Shown here: in pieces, positions 1-6,462 of the stretch
How the letters are laid out: every line of letters starts with the position of its first letter
Position numbering within the stretch: the stretch's first letter is position 1
NCBI GenBank assembly: GCA_043806035.1
Contig: JAZDHK010000014.1
Coordinates: 1-24,864, forward strand
DNA length: 24,864 nucleotides
Source: an archaeon
GTDB lineage: Archaea > Nanobdellota > Nanobdellia > Woesearchaeales > UBA9642
Direction of reading: 5' to 3'
The notes under the pieces: model-generated
What the model saw: the letters and a program-made list of their open reading frames with translations, nothing else
What the model was told of the DNA's origin: nothing
Database searches by the model: none
Made by a program: the position numbers and the translations under genes

Positions 1-2
1 AC

Positions 3-89
3 AAAGGACCAGTCCTGCGCTGGTACGCCTCGCCGAGAAAACTCTTCGTGCAGTTGACTGAGAAGGACTTCAAGGTGATTACGCTATGA
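3..89 (+). CDS. 3' end of an upstream gene (partial); probable paralog of the W-repeat protein at 943-1749
   Basis: Frame from nt 3 reads KGPVLRWYASPRKLFVQLTEKDFKVITL*. This aligns without gaps to the C-terminus of 943-1749 (QGNALEWKCSPHYLVLRSDEKTFNFIPI*). Its stop overlaps the next start (ATGA, 86-89). Confidence 0.75.
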   Translation, partial: KGPVLRWYASPRKLFVQLTEKDFKVITL

Positions 90-946
90 ACGAGATACAC
101 CTCCTGTCCAAGACACCAGGAAAGTATGATCCTGATTTGGCAAGGAAAGTGAATAGTGAGTTGTCTCCTGTAGTGCCTACTGCTTCTGTTGCTTCGTCGG
201 TCATTTCTCCTACTTCCAGAGTTTCTGCGGGGGATGAGTATTTGCCGTTGGAGAACATTATTTGTGTAGATGCAAACGGCAAGGAGTTCGAGCGGTATGC
301 TGTGCTTTATGTTGCGAAGGATATTGTGCGTGATAGCACGTTACAAGTGAGCCACACTCCGTACGAGTGGGCGGAGTACTTTGAAAGAAAAGGTTTGTTC
401 TTGCCGAGTTTTGCGTTGTCCTGCAACATCCTGGTGCGGCTGTTCGAGAAGGCTGTCAGGCAAAAGTCTGATAAGTCGTACGAAGTCGTAGATGCTGATA
501 TTGATAAGGTTCTGCGTCAATACGAGGACAAGGGAAATGGCTATGGCTGGCATGCACAAAATACATTGGTTGATTGGGGAAAAAGCACGATTAAACACTA
601 TCCATTGGATGGCGATTTTACCTCGAATGGAGGCACAGCCAACATCAATAGGGGAATAACAACAATTCCTTTCAGATTTGACCGTCAGGGGTTCAATAAC
701 TTATCTTTTGAGCAAGCACTAAAGAACAAGAACTTTGAAAGCTATCTAAGAAATTTGACTGGTTTGCAGAAGCCTGAAAAACTTATTCGCATAGGTGAGT
801 ATTTTGGCAAACCTGCGAGGGTATGGGTTTCTGGCGATAATAAAACACGAGCGGCGTGGGTGGGTTGCAGCAGCGACCTCCTCTATATCATTGCCGGCAA
901 CATCCTCAGTAGCAATGGCGCCGCTCGTGGGGTGAAGCTGCCATGA
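86..946 (+). CDS. YDPDLA-tagged protein with a C-terminal DGR variable-region-like (putative CLec-fold) end
   Basis: 286-aa ORF with SD-like AGGTGAT upstream and ATGA overlaps at both ends. N-terminal motif YDPDLARKVNSE; C-terminus RAAWVGC...NGAARGV encoded by 22 consecutive NNY codons. Confidence 0.8.
   Translation: MNEIHLLSKTPGKYDPDLARKVNSELSPVVPTASVASSVISPTSRVSAGDEYLPLENIICVDANGKEFERYAVLYVAKDIVRDSTLQVSHTPYEWAEYFERKGLFLPSFALSCNILVRLFEKAVRQKSDKSYEVVDADIDKVLRQYEDKGNGYGWHAQNTLVDWGKSTIKHYPLDGDFTSNGGTANINRGITTIPFRFDRQGFNNLSFEQALKNKNFESYLRNLTGLQKPEKLIRIGEYFGKPARVWVSGDNKTRAAWVGCSSDLLYIIAGNILSSNGAARGVKLP
863..928 (+). other. Putative DGR variable repeat (VR), remote target
   Basis: Codons ggt tgc agc agc gac ctc ctc tat atc att gcc ggc aac atc ctc agt agc aat ggc gcc gct cgt all end in C/T, as expected from adenine mutagenesis of AAY codons. 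The run lies at the extreme 3' end of the gene. No template repeat seen in the window. Confidence 0.65.
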
Positions 947-1749
947 CTGAAATCAATGTACTTGTGCCAAGGAAGACGAAGTATGATCCTGATCTCGCTC
1001 AGAGAATAAATGCGGAAGTGCCCAAGAAAAAAAAGGAAACGATCGTCGGGAAACTTGTTGGCAGGGAGCGCGTCATCACGCTGCCGCGTGTGCCCGATGA
1101 GTGGCAGCCGCTCGATAACGAAATCGTGTATCGCATGAAAAATAAATTCATTATCGACGATGGACGTGAATTCTCCAAGGAATTGTGCGATAGGCCGCGC
1201 TCTTCCTGGAAAGCATATCCTGGAGGGGTTGTCATTGAGACGGAATGCAGAGATGCAGGAAAAGTAGTCGAGCAACATCTCATCCCGTATACGTGGAATC
1301 AGGGCAAGAAATCATCAACACTATTGTATGATGGTCTGTTCACGGATTGGGATGTGTGTGGAGACAGTGTTGTTGTCAAAACAAGCCACCTGAACAAGAT
1401 GGTGGAGGCAAGGAATAACACATTTCTCCTGCATGGCAAAAAGATATTGTCCATCATCAATGATGAGCCTTGGCAGGCAACAGCGATGGGAATCATCATT
1501 GAGAACAATCAATTCTTCATCATGAAAGAACTTGAAGGTGATGAAACCTTCTTTCCCAAATCAGCCCAGTATGGACAGTGGTGTGCCTGCGCAGACGGTC
1601 TGGTCGTGCAGGAACAGGATGCACTCATCTATCTAGGTAAGCGCCCACATAAGAAACTGTATCAAGGAAACGCTCTTGAATGGAAGTGCTCTCCGCATTA
1701 TCTCGTGCTGCGCAGTGATGAAAAAACGTTTAACTTCATTCCGATCTGA
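943..1749 (+). CDS. YDPDLA-tagged protein with about six Trp-anchored beta-rich repeats (possible beta-propeller)
   Basis: 268-aa ORF with N-terminal YDPDLAQRINAE. Repeats: WQPLDNEIVY, WKAYPGGVVI, WDVCGDSVVV, WQATAMGIII, WCACADGLVV, WKCSPHYLVL. Confidence 0.75.
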   Translation: MTEINVLVPRKTKYDPDLAQRINAEVPKKKKETIVGKLVGRERVITLPRVPDEWQPLDNEIVYRMKNKFIIDDGREFSKELCDRPRSSWKAYPGGVVIETECRDAGKVVEQHLIPYTWNQGKKSSTLLYDGLFTDWDVCGDSVVVKTSHLNKMVEARNNTFLLHGKKILSIINDEPWQATAMGIIIENNQFFIMKELEGDETFFPKSAQYGQWCACADGLVVQEQDALIYLGKRPHKKLYQGNALEWKCSPHYLVLRSDEKTFNFIPI

Positions 1750-1753
1750 TACT

Positions 1754-3646
1754 ATGGAAACTCTGCATGAACGCTTGGAAAAGGCAGCCCGTGAAGAACT
1801 GACGAGAGGAAGGTACACGGGCAGTCTTAAATTTAGGGAGTTCGGGGAGAAGCCGCACTTTTCTGCATCCAACGATCTTGTACAGCGGGAAATAACGACC
1901 GAATACAATCCTGAGTATGAGACGACGGTTGGCGGTACGGAGAAGGTCATCAGAGACATCGAACGCCACGAAATGAATCACGAGCGGTATGCTGACTGTG
2001 TCGGCTGCCCTCAGACGTTGGACAAGCATGTCGAGCTCATCTTCGAGCCCATGGCGCATGTGCTGTTCAAGAAAGGCTACACGGATCAGGACGTCTTCTA
2101 CATGGCGAATGCGTTCGAGGATCTTGTCCTGCATGACGATCTCAACAGGCGATTCTCCCTCGATGGCATCACGGATTTTTATGCTGATGTCGGCAGATCA
2201 AAAAAAGACGCGTTCACGCCATTCTATGAAGCGTTCGTCAAGCTGAACCTTTACTTGTGGGGCAACAAGCAGGAGAAACGGCAGCTCGGTAACTATTTCA
2301 GGCATACAAAAGACGTGCAGACTGTGTTGAAAACATTCCTCAAAAAATCAGGATTTGACAAGATACAACAGGATGTCGACGGAAAACTCGTGCGTGACAG
2401 GAACGGATTGCGAGAGTACGTTTGCGATGAGAAGAACTGGCCAGAACTTGCAAAAATCTTTGCGGAAGCATTCTCCAAGCTCATGCAGCCAGGCTATGCT
2501 ATGCCTCTGCCCAACCATTCAGGGAAAGGGACAAAGGGCAGTGGTTCAGGAAGCGGCGGTTCTGGAGATCCTACTGACGTGGCAGATAGTGATGCGGATG
2601 ATGACGATGGAAAAAAAGGAAAAGCGAAGAATGGCAAGAAAAAAAAGGCGGGCGATTTGGGAGAAGATGGTGACGACGATGACGGTGATGCTGGCAAAAA
2701 AAGTGACAAAAAAGGAAAGAAAGGAAGCGTTCCCGATGTCGATGATGAAGACGGTAATCCCTTCAATAGAGCAATGAAGAAGTCAGACTACAAGATGGGC
2801 AGGGTCGCAAAAGCGTATGGCGAGGGAAAAGGCGTTCCTGAATGGATAGATCCATTTGAGGGTCTCGATCTCTTGTATCAGAGTCTTGCAAAACAACTGC
2901 TCATCAAAGTAGAAACATTTGGTCAGCAGTCCAGCATGCCCATCATGTGGTACGGAGAGCGTCCGTTCAATCCAGACAAGGACAGTCTAAGAAACATCAC
3001 GTTCGGTTTCTCTGACAAAGGAAAACTCGAATTGCGAAAAAGAAAATACCATGAAGATATTCCCATACAATACAAAACCAGCCCAAAATCATTCCCCGAA
3101 ATCAGGTTTTGTTTGCTGGACACGTCGAGCAGCATGCTCGGCAATCCCTTAGGGGGAGATCCTGGCTCGAAAAAAATCATTCCGTGGGGAAATAAGAGCA
3201 AGTACCATTACGCGTTGCTTGCCTGGTACGGCCTGCTCGAATACTTAAAACAAAACCAGCTGCTCAGGCAGACAGGCATAGCATTGGCCAATTTCTCCGA
3301 CGGCACAGAATTGCGGCAAGGACTTGCCGAAGCAAAGAAACTGGCTTTGTCTCCGCAGTTCGGCAACACGTACATCGACATGAAGGAGGTGCGCCAGATG
3401 TTCCGCAACAGGAACATGCTCGTGCTGAGCATGAGCGATGGTGACATCATGAACTGGGATTCCATAAAAACAGAATACTTGCGCCTGGCGAAAGAGCACG
3501 AATATGCTCACTTCCAGATAGGCCATGATTCAGAGGCTGCAGAGGACATGCGTAAGGCAGGGCTGTATGTCATCAACGTCATGGGAGAGCTTGACCTTGC
3601 CACGAACGTGATTGATCTCGCTGATAAAAAGTATAGGGGGAAATGA
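1754..3646 (+). CDS. HExxH metallopeptidase-like domain + low-complexity linker + von Willebrand A (MIDAS) domain protein
   Basis: HEMNH at 1967-1981 followed by NAFEDLV; G/S/D/K-rich linker; MIDAS LLDTSSSM (D codon 3119-3121), then NFSD, FGNT and MSDGD. Start placed at ATG 1754 (METLHERL), just after the previous stop, rather than 1676. Confidence 0.8.
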   Translation: METLHERLEKAAREELTRGRYTGSLKFREFGEKPHFSASNDLVQREITTEYNPEYETTVGGTEKVIRDIERHEMNHERYADCVGCPQTLDKHVELIFEPMAHVLFKKGYTDQDVFYMANAFEDLVLHDDLNRRFSLDGITDFYADVGRSKKDAFTPFYEAFVKLNLYLWGNKQEKRQLGNYFRHTKDVQTVLKTFLKKSGFDKIQQDVDGKLVRDRNGLREYVCDEKNWPELAKIFAEAFSKLMQPGYAMPLPNHSGKGTKGSGSGSGGSGDPTDVADSDADDDDGKKGKAKNGKKKKAGDLGEDGDDDDGDAGKKSDKKGKKGSVPDVDDEDGNPFNRAMKKSDYKMGRVAKAYGEGKGVPEWIDPFEGLDLLYQSLAKQLLIKVETFGQQSSMPIMWYGERPFNPDKDSLRNITFGFSDKGKLELRKRKYHEDIPIQYKTSPKSFPEIRFCLLDTSSSMLGNPLGGDPGSKKIIPWGNKSKYHYALLAWYGLLEYLKQNQLLRQTGIALANFSDGTELRQGLAEAKKLALSPQFGNTYIDMKEVRQMFRNRNMLVLSMSDGDIMNWDSIKTEYLRLAKEHEYAHFQIGHDSEAAEDMRKAGLYVINVMGELDLATNVIDLADKKYRGK

Positions 3647-4405
3647 ATGGTAGACTTGCTGCTCCAACGCAAGACGTGTTATGATCCTGATTTGGCGAGC
3701 AGGGTGAATGCTGAGCGGATTGTTGAGCGGGTTACTCCTGTTGTTCCTGCGTCGCGTGTTACGTCTGATGATTTGCAGTGGTATGAGGGAATAGTTGTTG
3801 AGCAGATGTCGTTGCTTGTTGCTGATGGACGAGTTCCGTTGTCTTTTGCTGACATCTTGCGGAAACGTCTTGATTCATTGGGTACTGCTGAAGAGAAGGA
3901 ATGGTGGGATAGAGAGATTCATAGCGGTGATGCTGCATTTTATCATCCGGATGGCAGGATGGTCATCGTGTACGATTCTGAAATTATGCGCGGTATCAAC
4001 CTGAACAGTAGGCTTGAAAATGGAGTGCTCGTCATCGACGAGTACATCTTTAACCAGTTGCGAGGTGTCGCATTTACTAGAGAAGAATTTAGGAAGTATG
4101 CAATGAGTAAAATGCTCAGCAAAGATGAGTTTCTTGCTAATCCCTTTTGGAGAATACTTGCGCGTGATGACGGTCTGCTGGAAGAATATGCTGATGCCGC
4201 ATTAATGAGAGTGACAGAATACCGTTATGGCATAATCCGGGGTGTATATGAAAATTATGGTGAGGTGCCAAGAGGGCGGCTGTTGGGTATAGGCAATACT
4301 GACAGCAATGTTAGTGCCCCTGATTGGGCAATTCAATATCTTATCGACGCCAACCCCATCAACCATCTGGTCGGGATGACGTTGAAGGCGCACAAAAATA
4401 CGTGA
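3647..4405 (+). CDS. YDPDLA-tagged hypothetical protein; C-terminus resembles a degenerate DGR-target end
   Basis: 252-aa ORF abutting the vWA stop (TGAATG). N-terminal YDPDLASRVNAE...PVVPASRV matches the 86-946 protein. Ends GRLLGIG...HLVGM. Confidence 0.75.
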   Translation: MVDLLLQRKTCYDPDLASRVNAERIVERVTPVVPASRVTSDDLQWYEGIVVEQMSLLVADGRVPLSFADILRKRLDSLGTAEEKEWWDREIHSGDAAFYHPDGRMVIVYDSEIMRGINLNSRLENGVLVIDEYIFNQLRGVAFTREEFRKYAMSKMLSKDEFLANPFWRILARDDGLLEEYADAALMRVTEYRYGIIRGVYENYGEVPRGRLLGIGNTDSNVSAPDWAIQYLIDANPINHLVGMTLKAHKNT

Positions 4406-4424
4406 TAATACTCTGATGAGAAAC

Positions 4425-5183
4425 TTATTTCTTCACCGCAGGCTTCGCTGCTGCGGGAGCAGCTCCTTTGCCGCCTTTGGCTCCTTTGTCCTCGACGGGC
4501 AATGCTTTTGCGATGACGTCGTCTGACAGGCCTGCTTCCTTCATCTTCATCTTCAAGAAGGATCTTTCCTTGCCAGCGTTCTCTTCGAGGATCTTCTTGA
4601 CCAATGCTTCCGTCGCTGCATGTTTCTTCTCGAGCTCCGCCTTCATGGCTGCCTTCTCCGCCTCGAGCTTCTTCTTCTCCTCCTCTGAAATGTCCGTCTT
4701 TCCTAGCTTGATCTCGTTGTCGTACATGCCCTCATCGAGCTCTTTCAGGACCACTTTTGCATCTTTTCCCTCGACAAGGATGCCCATGCTGACGCACGTT
4801 CCAATAATCTCCTTGACTTTCTGCTTTGTTGCCTTGCCCAGCAGCGCGTCTTCCTTCATCTTCGCTATCTTGATGACCTGCTCAATCATGATGTCAGAGA
4901 CTTTTTCTCTATTAGGAATGCCAGATCCTTTCTGCACGCCAGCTTCCTTGAGGATGAGTTGTGAGGCAGGAGGAGTTCCCACGGTGACCGTGAATGCTTT
5001 TGTCTCCCGGTCGATGATGACCTTAACGGGCACCTGCATGCCTTTGAAATCTGCTGTCTTCTTGTTGATTTCAGCGACTACTTGGCCGATGTTGACGCCC
5101 ATGGGTCCTAGTGCGGGGCCGAGCGGAGGTGCTGCTGTTGCCTTCCCCCCTTCAATGAGCACGTCGATGCTATCTTTTGCCAT
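4425..5183 (-). CDS. rpl11: 50S ribosomal protein L11 (uL11), archaeal type, with a charged C-terminal extension
   Basis: GGKATAAPPLGPALGPMGVNIG, INKKTADFKGMQVPV, GTPPAS, IIGTCVSMGILVEG; lies downstream of spt5. Confidence 0.97.
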   Translation of the reverse strand: MAKDSIDVLIEGGKATAAPPLGPALGPMGVNIGQVVAEINKKTADFKGMQVPVKVIIDRETKAFTVTVGTPPASQLILKEAGVQKGSGIPNREKVSDIMIEQVIKIAKMKEDALLGKATKQKVKEIIGTCVSMGILVEGKDAKVVLKELDEGMYDNEIKLGKTDISEEEKKKLEAEKAAMKAELEKKHAATEALVKKILEENAGKERSFLKMKMKEAGLSDDVIAKALPVEDKGAKGGKGAAPAAAKPAVKK

Positions 5184-5204
5184 ACTTTCACACGAATTTT
5201 GAAT

Positions 5205-5214
5205 GCTTTATAAA
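5205..5214 (-). promoter_or_regulatory. Probable TATA box for rpl11
   Basis: TTTTATAAAG on the minus strand about 22-30 nt upstream of the ATG, with no SD; consistent with a leaderless transcript. Confidence 0.5.
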
Positions 5215-5216
5215 AC

Positions 5217-5792
5217 TTATGTCTCTTCCTCGTCGCGCCGGATAACTTTTACGGCGTCGATCTTGAGCGTAATAGGGATGGGCACTGCTGCCTCCAGGAG
5301 TTCAACAACGACCTCTTCCTTTACCTTATCAACACGGACAATCTTGCACTTCTCTCGCTTGAACGCGCCAGAGATGATTTCTGCGATGTCGTTCTTCCGG
5401 ATGTTGACATCTTTCTTGACTTGCTCGATCATGTGGTCGATTTCAGCATAGTTTATCTCGCTCGGAAGCAGCCCTCGTGCGTAAGGGACGCCGAATGCTG
5501 CCTGCTCTGCTTCCTGCCTGTTCTCTGCCTCTAAGAAGATGTAGCCGCGCATGCCATGGGCGCGAATGACCGAGTACACTTTGAATTTTTTTCGTTGCGC
5601 ATTACTCACGACAAAACTCATGACCTGGTCTTCCCTGTTCGCAGTAGTGCGCAATGCGAAGAGGTGCGCATCTTTAGGGAGTTCTGCCTTGACTTCCTTC
5701 AAGGGCTCTGGCTTTTCCTCTTCCTTCGGCTTCTCAGCAGGCTTGCTCGACTGCAAAACGTCAAGATCTTCCTGGTTGATATCTTCTTCCAT
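5217..5792 (-). CDS. spt5: Transcription elongation factor Spt5 (archaeal NusG)
   Basis: NGN domain (FALRTTANRE...MRGYIFLEA) plus KOW domain (DIAEIISGAFKREKCKIVRVD...VVELLEAAVPIPIT); sits in secE-spt5-rpl11 synteny. Confidence 0.96.
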   Translation of the reverse strand: MEEDINQEDLDVLQSSKPAEKPKEEEKPEPLKEVKAELPKDAHLFALRTTANREDQVMSFVVSNAQRKKFKVYSVIRAHGMRGYIFLEAENRQEAEQAAFGVPYARGLLPSEINYAEIDHMIEQVKKDVNIRKNDIAEIISGAFKREKCKIVRVDKVKEEVVVELLEAAVPIPITLKIDAVKVIRRDEEET

Positions 5793-5796
5793 GCTT

Positions 5797-5994
5797 TCAC
5801 AACAGCAATTCTTTCAGCATTGTCAGGATGAATCCCAAGAGACCGATGATGAGCATGCCGATGCCTGTAACCTTGACGATGGTCTTGAACTCATCACGCG
5901 TGGGCCGCTTTGCTATCTTGAGCACACGCCAGTATTCCTTGAGCGTGTTCTTGAAGCGCTTCCAGAGCGTCGGTTTCTCCTCTAGTGTGTCCAT
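5797..5994 (-). CDS. secE: Protein translocase subunit SecE/Sec61-gamma
   Basis: EYWRVLKIAKRPTRDEF...KVTGIGMLIIGLLGFIL. Start placed at ATG 5994 after GAGGGG. Confidence 0.93.
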   Translation of the reverse strand: MDTLEEKPTLWKRFKNTLKEYWRVLKIAKRPTRDEFKTIVKVTGIGMLIIGLLGFILTMLKELLL

Positions 5995-6033
5995 GATTCC
6001 CCTCAAGAAAAAGGGTTTATTTTAAAAAGCTTT

Positions 6034-6417
6034 TTATTTAATCAGCACAGCGTTGATGAAATTATTCTGCCCTGGCCGCGAGGTTATTCTTGCCTTACCC
6101 AGCTCAGTGTCGATAACCGTGCCTTTCACCATCATGTTCCTTCGCACGTAGTTCGCATCAGCAGGAGCTTCCAGGATGGTCTTGATGGCAACGACCTTGA
6201 ACGTCTTCGTCTTGGGGTCGAGGACATTTGCCTTGTCCGCATGCAGCAGCCTTCCTCGCTGTGTGCCGCCTCGCCGACGGACGCTTATTGCTTTCTGCTC
6301 GCCCAGTCGTGTCAGGGTTGGCCTTCTTGCCAAGGCATGCTTTCGCTTCTGGACCAATCGTTTCTTGTATTTTCCGCCGCTTGGTTTTCTTCTGCTGATC
6401 TGCTGCATCAATGCCAT
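6034..6417 (-). CDS. rps8e: 30S ribosomal protein S8e (eS8)
   Basis: SRRKPSGGK, RRRGG, ANYVRRNMMVKGTVIDTELGKARITSRPGQ...INAVL. The true start is ATG 6417 (127 aa); the longer track ORF runs into the IS. Confidence 0.96.
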   Translation of the reverse strand: MALMQQISRRKPSGGKYKKRLVQKRKHALARRPTLTRLGEQKAISVRRRGGTQRGRLLHADKANVLDPKTKTFKVVAIKTILEAPADANYVRRNMMVKGTVIDTELGKARITSRPGQNNFINAVLIK

Positions 6418-6440
6418 GAGAGAGCGGAAAAGCCAGGTGT

Positions 6441-6448
6441 TTTTAAAT
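6441..6448 (-). promoter_or_regulatory. Probable TATA box for rps8e
   Basis: ATTTAAAA on the minus strand about 25-30 nt upstream of ATG 6417, with purine-rich sequence immediately upstream. Confidence 0.5.
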
Positions 6449-6462
6449 CTTGTGCTTTGCTT

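Noticed and set aside
929-1000. IMH-associated DNA hairpin downstream of the putative VR
   Set aside because: The next gene starts immediately and no convincing stem-loop is visible.
1676-1753. Longer N-terminus for the vWA protein
   Set aside because: It overlaps the previous gene by 74 nt; ATG 1754 directly follows that gene's stop.
2955-2995. RPFNPDKD in the vWA protein as an internal copy of the YDPDLA tag
   Set aside because: Only a weak aromatic-x-P-D match; it lacks LA and NxE.
4468-5985. Plus-strand ORFs 4468-5202, 5203-5451 and 5551-5985
   Set aside because: Antisense shadows of rpl11, spt5 and secE.
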